This document shows, one piece after another, positions 46,729-55,131 of a DNA stretch of 64,000 nt. Within the stretch, counting starts at the first letter, position 1. Every line of letters starts with the position of its first letter. The stretch is from an uncultured Candidatus Saccharibacteria bacterium (GTDB lineage Bacteria > Patescibacteriota > Minisyncoccia > Minisyncoccales > CG1-02-41-26), in contig CAZLUG010000002.1 of assembly GCA_964562675.1 (NCBI GenBank), positions 5,852-69,851 of the forward strand, read 5' to 3'. The translations under genes and the position numbers were made by a program. The notes under the pieces were generated by a model. It saw nothing but the letters and a program-made list of their open reading frames with translations. It searched no databases and was not told the DNA's origin.

Positions 46729-47250
46729 TTATGAAAATTTTTCAACTTTGAATTTGTAAACTATGATTCTTCCAAAACGGGGATCAATTCCTCCTTTTTG
46801 GCAGGCAATACTAATTTGTTTTTCAATTGTGTCCACCCCTTTTAAATTCGGCAGTAAGAGGCCGCTCTGAAGGGGGTTATCAGCACTTTTGACAATCACT
46901 CCATATTTTTTGGGGTCTAATTCCTTGAGATTGCTAACTTGTTCTGGAGGACTTAATATTGAAACCTCATAGTTCAGATAGGGCAATTCACTGACTTTTA
47001 GGGGTTGAAATCGGTAATCTTTGGCAGCGGCGGCAATAGCGCTATGGATAAGTTCTTGAGCAATATTTTTTTGGGTAGGTAAATATGTTCCCACGCATCC
47101 GCGCAATTGGCCTTTTTTCTCTAGAGTCACAAAAACACCTGCTTTCTTTTCTAGAAACTCTTTAGGTAGGTTAGAAGGGGGAAGTATAATTTTCCCTTCT
47201 TTCAGGTAATTTTCTATAGCTTCTTTGGCTAGTTGGATGAGAGGATGCAT
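46729..47250 (-). CDS. AMMECR1-domain protein (AmmeMemoRadiSam system protein A)
   Basis: Signature LRGCVGT (AMMECR1 LRGCIG motif), ~170 aa. Confidence 0.8.
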   Translation of the reverse strand: MHPLIQLAKEAIENYLKEGKIILPPSNLPKEFLEKKAGVFVTLEKKGQLRGCVGTYLPTQKNIAQELIHSAIAAAAKDYRFQPLKVSELPYLNYEVSILSPPEQVSNLKELDPKKYGVIVKSADNPLQSGLLLPNLKGVDTIEKQISIACQKGGIDPRFGRIIVYKFKVEKFS

Positions 47251-47282
47251 AAATTTTCTAATTTTGTTAAGAGGACGGACTG

Positions 47283-47597
47283 TTAATTTTGATTTTTTAA
47301 TTTTTCTATTATCTCTTTTATCCTTTTAGCTTCTTCTTTTACTACTTCGCTTGAATATTCGGCTGAATGGCTGGGCGCGTTTTGATAAATAGGCTTTTTT
47401 TGGTCCAAGTGTAAATTAAAAATCAAAATACCGTTTCCTTCCTTAAGGTAAATATGGAATCGGGGATATCTATTGCCCCCCAGAGGACGGATACAATTTA
47501 TTTCATCTTCTTTCTTTCCTAAAAAATAATAGCCGATTCTCTTTATAATAGTGTAAATATTTTCTTTTAATGACTCTTGAGAGATAATAAGTCTCAT
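47283..47597 (-). CDS. small hypothetical protein inserted between AMMECR1 and Memo-like genes
   Basis: A 104-aa ORF with tight spacing to its neighbours (its start codon directly abuts the upstream gene's stop; ~32 nt to the downstream gene). I recognised no domain. Confidence 0.35.
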   Translation of the reverse strand: MRLIISQESLKENIYTIIKRIGYYFLGKKEDEINCIRPLGGNRYPRFHIYLKEGNGILIFNLHLDQKKPIYQNAPSHSAEYSSEVVKEEAKRIKEIIEKLKNQN

Positions 47598-47598
47598 G

Positions 47599-48219
47599 TT
47601 AGTTGAGAAATTTAAAATTTGCTACTAAATAGCCAACTCCAAAAGGTCCTTCGTAAGATAAAATTTCTGGCTGCCAGTTTAATTTTTCTCCAGTTAAAAT
47701 ACCTAGCAAAAAAGAAAAAGAACGCAATCCGCAATCCGCTGCTTGGGGATAAATATCATCTAAGTTCAAAATTTTTTCTATATCTTTTCTTTTTAGGCTT
47801 TCTAAAAGGGCTTTATCAAATTTTGGGCCATCGGGCTGAAACCCGTATGGGCCGTCTTCTTTTAAGCAATGTGATAAATCACCCGAAGCAACCAAAGCGT
47901 ATTTTTTATCTTTCTCAAGCGAGCGAGCTATTTCCTTTCCTTTATTAAAATAGAATTTCGGCGGCTCAAAACCCGTTAAGAGAGTTTTTATTTCTCCTTT
48001 AAAGTTAGGGGTAATAAAATACAATGGTACTTTAAACCCCCAATCCAAATGAGGCGAAGATATTATTAAAATATCTGGCTTTTTTTGTGCGAGCTCCTTG
48101 TTAAGTTTTTTTAAACCTGCAATGGTTTTTTTAACTTTTTCTCTGTCCTCTTTAGAACCTACTGATGGCAGTAAGATCGGGGGATGGGGAGAAAAACAAG
48201 CAAAAGTAATCATATACAC
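47599..48219 (-). CDS. Memo/LigB-like protein (AmmeMemoRadiSam system protein B), apparently N-terminally short
   Basis: FSPHPPILLP and ASGDLSHCL motifs fit the Memo-family metal site. It is 206 aa against ~260-280 aa for the family. Confidence 0.6.
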   Translation of the reverse strand: MYMITFACFSPHPPILLPSVGSKEDREKVKKTIAGLKKLNKELAQKKPDILIISSPHLDWGFKVPLYFITPNFKGEIKTLLTGFEPPKFYFNKGKEIARSLEKDKKYALVASGDLSHCLKEDGPYGFQPDGPKFDKALLESLKRKDIEKILNLDDIYPQAADCGLRSFSFLLGILTGEKLNWQPEILSYEGPFGVGYLVANFKFLN

Positions 48220-48223
48220 TAAT

Positions 48224-49240
48224 CTAGTTTATAATATGTAAATTTTCTTTGCACTTTGAACAATATCCATGATTGTCATAACGGATAACTTGATATCCTT
48301 CCCGCTTAATCATTAAACTGCCGCATCGCGGGCAATAAGTACTTTGGTGTTTAAAATCATCAATGACATTTCCGATATAAACAAATTTTAATCCCGCTTT
48401 TTTGGCAATTTTGTATGCCTCCAAAAGAGTTGCTTTGGGAGTAGGGGAAACATCATTCATTTTATAAGCCGGGAAAAAAGCAGAAAGATGCCAGGGAATA
48501 TTAGGATTGATATTATAAATAAATTTAGCGATTTGATGAAACTCTTTAGACGAATCATTAAAATTAGGGATAATCAAAGTTGTTATTTCTTCCCAGACAC
48601 CAAGTTTATGCACTCTTTTAATGGTTTCTTTAACGGGTTCTAATTTTGCTTTGACAATTTCCTTGTAGAATTTTTCAGAAAATGACTTTAAGTCAATATT
48701 AATTGCATCTAAATAAGGGTGAATAAGTTCTAGGGCTTCTTTTGATTCGTATCCATTTGATACCCAGACATTTTTAATGCCAGCTTCTCTTGCTAATTTC
48801 ATTGTATCTAAAGCGTATTCTAAAAAGACAGTTGGTTCGTTGTAAGTATAAGCAATAGTTGGAATTTGCTGAGTTTTACAATATTGGACAATTTCTTGAG
48901 GGGCTAATTCTTTGCTTAGTTTTGGAATAATTTCTGGATTTTTTTGGGCTGTTTGCGAAATTTCCCAATTTTGGCAAAAATTACACCCAAAATTACACCC
49001 ATAGGTACCAAAAGATAAAACTTGACTGCCTGGCTTAAAATGAAAGAGTGGTTTTTTCTCAATTGGGTCAATGTTCAATGTAGCAGCTTTCCCATAAACT
49101 AAAGAATAAAGTTTTCCTCCAATATTTTTTCTTACTCCGCAAATTCCCGTTTTCCCTTCCGGCAATACGCAGTAATGGGCGCAATTTCTGCATTGAATCT
49201 TCTTTCCAGAGAGTTTTTTATAAAGATAAGCTTCTTTCAT
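48224..49240 (-). CDS. AmmeMemoRadiSam system radical SAM enzyme
   Basis: Radical SAM CNFGCNFC (C-x3-C-x2-C). An N-terminal auxiliary Cys cluster CRNCAHYC...C is present and a C-terminal CPRCG...CSKC. It lies in an operon with the Memo-like and AMMECR1 genes. Confidence 0.85.
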   Translation of the reverse strand: MKEAYLYKKLSGKKIQCRNCAHYCVLPEGKTGICGVRKNIGGKLYSLVYGKAATLNIDPIEKKPLFHFKPGSQVLSFGTYGCNFGCNFCQNWEISQTAQKNPEIIPKLSKELAPQEIVQYCKTQQIPTIAYTYNEPTVFLEYALDTMKLAREAGIKNVWVSNGYESKEALELIHPYLDAINIDLKSFSEKFYKEIVKAKLEPVKETIKRVHKLGVWEEITTLIIPNFNDSSKEFHQIAKFIYNINPNIPWHLSAFFPAYKMNDVSPTPKATLLEAYKIAKKAGLKFVYIGNVIDDFKHQSTYCPRCGSLMIKREGYQVIRYDNHGYCSKCKENLHIIN

Positions 49241-49451
49241 GCTGTTTCTTTATTAGGTGGTTATTTTTTCTTTCGCATGTTTCACTGGGTTTTCTATATT
49301 CTATCACAAAATAAAGAATTGATTAAATTTCAAAAATCCAAAACATAAATGTTTTGTTCAATTTCTGCCATTATCGCTAAGTGTCAATTTCGAAATTTTA
49401 GAAGATTTTTGGAAAACGGTTTTCAAAATAAACTAGACTCTTTACTGAAAG

Positions 49452-49480
49452 TTGTCTTAAAAAGTAAAAGATGTTATAAT
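49452..49480 (+). promoter_or_regulatory. candidate promoter for acyl-CoA synthetase gene (-35 TTGTCT, 17-nt spacer, extended -10 TGTTATAAT)
   Basis: TTGTCT at 49452-49457 and TGT+TATAAT at 49472-49480, 24 nt upstream of ATG 49504 in a divergent intergenic region. Confidence 0.4.
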
Positions 49481-49503
49481 GTATTAGATTAAATAAATAC
49501 CCT

Positions 49504-51267
49504 ATGATAAAAACAAAAGACGGGATTGACAATAATCATCCTTGGTTTCAATTTTATCCTAAAGGAAAATCTTTTTCTCTCCATTATCCGGAGGTTCCGC
49601 TATACTCCTTTCTTGACAAAACAGCGGAAAATCAACCGAATAAAACAGCTTTGGTTTTTTACAACCAGAAAATAAGTTACCAACAATTAAAAGAATTAAC
49701 AGACAAATTTGCTAACTTGCTTAAAAATCTATCCATCAAAAAAGGCGACCGCGTCGCCTTTTTGCTTCCAAATTGCCCTCAGTTTGTCATTGCTCTTTAC
49801 GGAACAATCAAAACTGGCGCTATTGCCACTGTTTTGAATCCTCTTTACAGCAAAGAGGAATTGCATTCTTGCTTACAAAATTCAAAACCTAAAATTATTG
49901 TCTCTTTAAAAATGTTCGTTGATAAAATTGCTGATTATCCGGGGAAAATCATTATTACAAAAATTTCTGATTACTTGCCCCAAAAACTTAAAATTCTTTT
50001 CAACATTAAAGAAATCATAAAGTCTCCAAAAGAAGAAAAGAAGAATTTACCCAAGAGAAAAGATGTCTTTTGGCTCCGCAAAGCTTTAAAAAACAGTTCA
50101 GCTAAACTTCAGCCTGTCCAAATTAACGCTCGCCAAGATCCAGCTTTAATAATTTACACTTCCGGCACTACCGGCGTGCCAAAAGGCGCAATCTTAACTC
50201 ATTTTAACTTAGTTTCCAATGCTTTTTCGCTAAACGTTTGGGCTGAAGAAATCAAAACAGACAGTTATTTAGCTGTTTTGCCGCTTTTCCACATTTACGG
50301 TTTAACCGTACAACTATTAACGGCTATTTTAAGAGGGGCTTCGGTGATTCTTTTACCAAAATTTCACACTCGCGAAGTGGTCAAGACTATCCAGAAATAT
50401 AAAATCCAATATTTTGTCGGTGTTCCCCAAATGTACAGCGCTTTAGTGAAATATTCTGCTTCTACTCATCAGCTTCATCTATTTGATTCACTCATCCTTT
50501 GTTCAAGCGGAGCGGCATCTATCTCGGGTTACTTGTGGAACAAAATAAAAGAAATAGCCCCTCGGGCAAAATTAATGGAAGGATATGGACTCTCGGAAAC
50601 ATCACCAGTAGTGCTTATTGATTCTCTCTCGAAAAATTACTTTAAAAAAGAAGGTTCCCCGGGCATCCCAATTTTTGATACGGACGTAAGAATTGTTGAT
50701 ATGGAAACAGGCAGGGAGCTTGCGGCGGGGGAACCAGGAGAAATTGTTGTCAAAGGACCGCAGGTTTTCCAGGGTTACTGGCATAATTTAGAAAAAACAA
50801 AGCAAGTGTTAAAAAATGGTTGGTTTTACACTCATGATATTGGGCATATGGATCCAGACGGCAGATTCTATATCCACGAACGCATTGACGATATCATTAA
50901 TGTCAAAGGTGAAATGGTGTGGCCGGGAAGAGTAGAGCGAATTTTAAAAAAACATCCTAAAATTAAAGAAGCCGCCGTGATTAGCGTAAAAAGCGAGTAT
51001 TACACCCAAGCGATTAAAGCTTATCTTGTACTTAAGAAAAAACAGACTATTAGTAAGGCTGAGGTGACAAATTTTTGCCAAGATAAATTAGCCCGCTATG
51101 AAATTCCTGTTTTTATTGAATGTGTGGAGAAACTGCCTCGAACTTATGTAGGGAAATTGCAACGTTTTAAATTAAGGAAGAAATCCAGGCAAAAGGCTAA
51201 GCCTGTTAAGCATAATTTAAATAAAAAGGCCGAAAACAGTAAAAAAAAGAAAAACATGAAGAAATAA
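49504..51267 (+). CDS. long-chain-fatty-acid--CoA ligase (AMP-binding enzyme) with K-rich C-terminal tail
   Basis: AMP-binding motifs: YTSGTTGVPKGA, GYGLSETS and the C-terminal domain. The last ~35 aa are lysine-rich low complexity. Confidence 0.9.
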   Translation: MIKTKDGIDNNHPWFQFYPKGKSFSLHYPEVPLYSFLDKTAENQPNKTALVFYNQKISYQQLKELTDKFANLLKNLSIKKGDRVAFLLPNCPQFVIALYGTIKTGAIATVLNPLYSKEELHSCLQNSKPKIIVSLKMFVDKIADYPGKIIITKISDYLPQKLKILFNIKEIIKSPKEEKKNLPKRKDVFWLRKALKNSSAKLQPVQINARQDPALIIYTSGTTGVPKGAILTHFNLVSNAFSLNVWAEEIKTDSYLAVLPLFHIYGLTVQLLTAILRGASVILLPKFHTREVVKTIQKYKIQYFVGVPQMYSALVKYSASTHQLHLFDSLILCSSGAASISGYLWNKIKEIAPRAKLMEGYGLSETSPVVLIDSLSKNYFKKEGSPGIPIFDTDVRIVDMETGRELAAGEPGEIVVKGPQVFQGYWHNLEKTKQVLKNGWFYTHDIGHMDPDGRFYIHERIDDIINVKGEMVWPGRVERILKKHPKIKEAAVISVKSEYYTQAIKAYLVLKKKQTISKAEVTNFCQDKLARYEIPVFIECVEKLPRTYVGKLQRFKLRKKSRQKAKPVKHNLNKKAENSKKKKNMKK

Positions 51268-51279
51268 ATAAACTATTTT

Positions 51280-51936
51280 ATGTCAGAAAAAACTGTAATA
51301 ATATTTGATCTTGATGGCACGATTGTTAGTAAAAACACCCAGACCAGTTTGTTCATTTATCTTTTCAAAAAAAAGAAAATCTCTTTAAAATTTTTTTCTC
51401 AGGTTATTTTTTGGTCAATTTTGTACAAACTTGGAATAATAAATTTATCAAAAATAATGGGGAAAATTTATCGATTTACTTCAAAACTTGACCCGGATAA
51501 CTTCGAGAGTTTACTCACTGAATTTTATCGAGATATAATCAGAAAACAAATTTACCGTAGGGCTTTGCAATTGATTGAGAAATATGAATCATCCGGCATG
51601 CCAGTTGGTTTAATATCTACTTCCATTCAACCATTAGTAAAAATAGTAGGGGATCAGTTAAAAGTGAATTTTGCAATAGGCACGAAACTTCAGGTAGAAA
51701 ATGGAAAATTTACCGGAAAAATTGCAGGAAAACCAATGTATGGCATAGTAAAACTTGAGACAATGCGAAAATTAGCTCAGGAAAACGGTTGGGATTTAGC
51801 TTCTAGCTATTTTTTTTCAGATAACCATTCTGACAAACCTTCACTTGAAGCAGTAGGCCATCCTCGAGCAATTAACCCTACCCCCAAACTTAGAAAAATG
51901 GCTCGACGCAACCACTGGCTAATTTTATACTGGTAA
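51280..51936 (+). CDS. HAD-superfamily hydrolase (subfamily IB, phosphoserine-phosphatase-like)
   Basis: Motif I VIIFDLDGTIV, motif II LISTS, a K motif and motif IV (FFSDNHSD). Confidence 0.8.
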   Translation: MSEKTVIIFDLDGTIVSKNTQTSLFIYLFKKKKISLKFFSQVIFWSILYKLGIINLSKIMGKIYRFTSKLDPDNFESLLTEFYRDIIRKQIYRRALQLIEKYESSGMPVGLISTSIQPLVKIVGDQLKVNFAIGTKLQVENGKFTGKIAGKPMYGIVKLETMRKLAQENGWDLASSYFFSDNHSDKPSLEAVGHPRAINPTPKLRKMARRNHWLILYW

Positions 51937-51943
51937 CAATTAT

Positions 51944-52345
51944 ATGACTTTTTTTCATCAAAAATTTTTCACCCAGACTAAAGGGCAATTTGATTTTATT
52001 GATATCACCGATTTAGCTAAAAGTATTGTAGAAAAATCAGGTGTCAAAAATGGTTTTTTAAATGTCGAAAGCTTACATACTACTTTCGCAATTATTATAA
52101 ATGAGAATGAATCTCGTTTAATTACAGATATAAAAGCAATGCTTAAAAGATTGGTTCCGCAAGATATTCAATATCATCATCCCGATAATGGTTACGCTCA
52201 TTGTCGATCAGCCCTCCTTGGCCCTTCGGAAACTCTTAATGTCTACCAAGGAAAAATCGAATTAGGAAACTGGCAGCGGATATTTGCGGTAGAACTAGAC
52301 AGTTCTCGCCCCCGTGAAATTTCTTTCGCTGTCATTGGAGAATAG
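51944..52345 (+). CDS. YjbQ/UPF0047 family protein
   Basis: ~133 aa with GFLNVESLHTTFAIIINENE...HCRSALLGPSETLNVYQGKIELGNWQRIF, typical of YjbQ. Confidence 0.8.
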   Translation: MTFFHQKFFTQTKGQFDFIDITDLAKSIVEKSGVKNGFLNVESLHTTFAIIINENESRLITDIKAMLKRLVPQDIQYHHPDNGYAHCRSALLGPSETLNVYQGKIELGNWQRIFAVELDSSRPREISFAVIGE

Positions 52346-52621
52346 CCAAAAGACAACGAAAAGAAGATTATAATAGGTATACAACGATATCCTCAATCTT
52401 ATAATATTCTGGTAATCATAACCTTATATCATTCCATATATCCTCGATTCTATTAAAATAGGATTTTCATTCTTCTGGGAAGAGAAAAGTAGATTTAGAC
52501 ATCTCTTTCCTCGCTTTAGTAGGATTTAGCGGAGACATTATAATTCTTTTCTTCAACTTATTAATCTTACCCTACGGCAATTATTTTATTGCCTCATACC
52601 ATCTCGTTGTTGCTTATATGA

Positions 52622-53750
52622 TATGCACATGAAGATACATGGGTGACACTCTAAAAATCAAGAAATATGAAGGAACCCATTGATTTAAAGGATGTTACCT
52701 ACTGTGATAGAGTGGAAATTAAGCTAATCTACGAATTGGGTTATCGTTTAATCAATGAAGTGGTTCTGCTCTATCATATGCTCTCATTTTTAAATAAATA
52801 CAATGATTTTTCCAAGGAAGCCAAACCAAAACTAAAATGGATAGACTATTATCATCAATGTGGCAATGTTTCTAAGATCTGTTGATGTTTCGGCATTTCC
52901 CGCCAATGTTTCTATGAATGGTATTGAAAATATGGCCCGAACAACCTTTACGCCCTGGAAAATCGATCTACCACCTCTATCAGGAAAAGACAAAGAGAAA
53001 TTACTCCAGAACAAACATTAAGAGTTATCGGGTTAAGAAAGAAATATATTCGCCACAGCAAGATTAAACTGGCCAGAATCTATCAACGAGAATATGGAGA
53101 AGTTATTTCTTCCTGGAAAGTCCAAAAAGTCATTAAGAAATACAGACTCTACCACAATTCCAAGAAAATCACTAAAATTCCGTATAAACGCTTAATCGCC
53201 ATTCAGAAGAAGAGAATCACCGAACTGAACAAAAAGCCTAAAAATGGATTTTTTCTTTGTTTAGATGCTATTAAATTAAGAATGAACAATCTCAAAATAT
53301 ACATCTTTACCGAAATAGATTCTTTTTTAAGGTGGCTTTCGCCTGAATGTACAAGAATGCTAATCCCTACAACGCAGCTGATTTCCTTAATAGGTTGCTT
53401 TACTTAGTTAACGGAAGAATTGAAAACATTCAAACAGATAACGGAAGTGAAATTGAAAAATACTTTAACCAGGCCTGCCGAAAAATGGGATTAGTTAGAT
53501 ATTACAGCCATCCGAGAACCCCTAAGGATAATCCAGTCAATGAACAATTAAACAAAACCTTAGAAGATGAATTTATCAGTCTTATCAATTTTAATCCTAA
53601 TGTTACGTAATTTAACAAGAACCTGACCGAATGGCTGATTGAATACAATTTTAAAAGGCTCCATCAGGCACTTAACTACGAAACGTCGATAAAATTCAAT
53701 AATTTTATTAAAGTGTCACCTATGTGCTCATCGCACACAATAGATTGACA
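52622..53750. mobile_element. degraded IS element (IS481-family-like DDE/rve transposase), ~1.1 kb
   Basis: Imperfect terminal inverted repeats share the core GGTGACACT (52642-52650) against AGTGTCACC (53712-53720). The interior encodes rve-integrase-core fragments in at least three frames. Confidence 0.6.
52667..53748 (+). pseudogene. frameshifted DDE transposase (integrase core domain) pseudogene
   Basis: One frame gives ...LCLDAIKLRMNNLKIYIFTEIDSFLRW... (first D and second D regions). Another frame gives IQTDNGSEIEKYF...YSHPRTPKDNPVNEQLNKTLEDEF (DNGSEF and E/K region). A third frame gives the C-terminal ...TEWLIEYNFKRLHQALNYET. Stops and frameshifts lie between the pieces. Confidence 0.6.
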
Positions 53751-53891
53751 AAGTCATCCAATTTTGATAAAATAACTTTAAATATTGAAAAAGTTTCTTA
53801 ACTTTAAAAATTAAATAATGAACGAAGATAAAAAGTCTCTTGGAAAAGAAATTTTGTATTAAAAAAAAGAGACGAAAAGGAGGTGAGAAAT

Positions 53892-54089
53892 ATGTCTAGC
53901 ACAGAAGATTCTTACGAGAAAGGTTATGCAGACGGCAGAAGAGAAGCAGAGCACGAGGTAGAAGATGGATTAAGTGGGACCATTTCTGATGTATTTACAG
54001 GAAAGATCAACTATAATCCTGACGGGTCCACAGCATACGACGAAGGTTTCCAAGATGGACTTGAGGATGGCCGTGGAGATTATGAGTAG
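53892..54089 (+). CDS. small acidic protein with two G-[YF]-x-D-G-[RL]-x-[ED] repeats
   Basis: A perfect SD AAAGGAGGTGA sits 9 nt before ATG 53892; the ORF-track start is GTG 53883. Local GC (~48%) is above background. The repeats are YEKGYADGRREAEHE and YDEGFQDGLEDGRGD. Confidence 0.45.
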   Translation: MSSTEDSYEKGYADGRREAEHEVEDGLSGTISDVFTGKINYNPDGSTAYDEGFQDGLEDGRGDYE

Positions 54090-54133
54090 TCATCCATTTT
54101 TGAGGGAGAGAATATTACTCTCCCTCTATCATT

Positions 54134-54688
54134 TTGTATAATATGGTTATAGAATTTGAATTTTTTCTCATAATAATAATTTTATTTTTATTAATCTTTT
54201 TTTCTCCTACCACGGTAAAAGCAGCTTTTATGGGAGCGCCGTTTGTGCCCACTCCAAAAAAGATAATTCGTAAAGCCTTGAAAACTGCTCATTTGAAAAA
54301 AAACGAGAAATTATATGATTTGGGTTGCGGCACTGGAAGGGTTTTGGTTATTGGAGCAAAGGAATTTGGGGCGAAAGTGACAGGGGTGGAATATTCTATA
54401 CCTCTTTTTGCTTTGGCTAAAATAAATCTGCTCTTGCACAAAATTAAAAATGGAAAAATTTATAGAAAAGATTTCTTTAAAGAAAACATAAAATTAAATA
54501 ACGCTGATGTTGTTTTTTTATTCTTAACCCCAAAAGCTTTTCCTAAGCTGAAAGGTAAATTTGAGAGAGAGTTAAAACCAGGCACTAGAATAATCGCTTA
54601 TTCCTCTCCTCTTTTATTTTGGGAACCAACCGAAACAGTTTTTACTCCAAATCCAAAAATAAAGATATATCTCTATATCAAGAGGTAA
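54134..54688 (+). CDS. membrane-anchored small class I SAM-dependent methyltransferase (CbiT-like), paralog 1
   Basis: N-terminal TM FFLIIIILFLLIFF. Then GAPFVPTPKKIIRKALKTAHLKKNEKLYDLGCGTGRVLVIGA (motif I) and the acidic motif-II residue in VTGVEYS. Confidence 0.75.
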   Translation: MYNMVIEFEFFLIIIILFLLIFFSPTTVKAAFMGAPFVPTPKKIIRKALKTAHLKKNEKLYDLGCGTGRVLVIGAKEFGAKVTGVEYSIPLFALAKINLLLHKIKNGKIYRKDFFKENIKLNNADVVFLFLTPKAFPKLKGKFERELKPGTRIIAYSSPLLFWEPTETVFTPNPKIKIYLYIKR

Positions 54689-54988
54689 ACATAAACATTT
54701 CCCTATAATGCATTTAAACTATTGCTATTTTAAAACACAGTTTTAGATGAAGAGGAAAAATAATCAGATATAAATTATCCGTCGAAAATACTAAAACTAA
54801 AAAATATACAGTTTTCAATGCACTGGTTGGTGAATTCAGCAGCTAAGCCGCAATAGCAATGCAACATACATTATTATCTTTTTGATGAATCATAATTTCT
54901 GTTCTAAGCTACTTGGTCTAACTCAATTAAATTTTGTTTAATTTCACCAGTTGGTTATTAAATCAGTTTTTCTAGAGAGCCGTTTTTG

Positions 54989-54997
54989 TGTTATAAT
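54989..54997 (+). promoter_or_regulatory. extended -10 promoter element (TGT TATAAT) upstream of sensor-paralog gene
   Basis: TGTTATAAT lies in the 440-bp non-coding spacer, ~135 nt upstream of ATG 55132. No good -35 is present. Confidence 0.25.
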
Positions 54998-55131
54998 TAT
55001 TCATTATAGAAGAAACTCTGAAAATTTTATTAATCTAGAGATATTAAGCCTATGGAACCACAGGAAATTTTCGGAGTGAAGTGGATAAAAAAAAGAGATC
55101 TCTTGGAAATTGCTAAGGCTAATTAAAAATA

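Noticed and set aside
54690-55130. 440-bp non-coding spacer examined for tRNA, SRP RNA, tmRNA or a CRISPR array
   Set aside because: No cloverleaf, no conserved SRP or tmRNA motifs and no repeat-spacer periodicity. Only a partial inverted similarity (cactggttggtgaa / ttcaccagttggt) and an extended -10 element were found.
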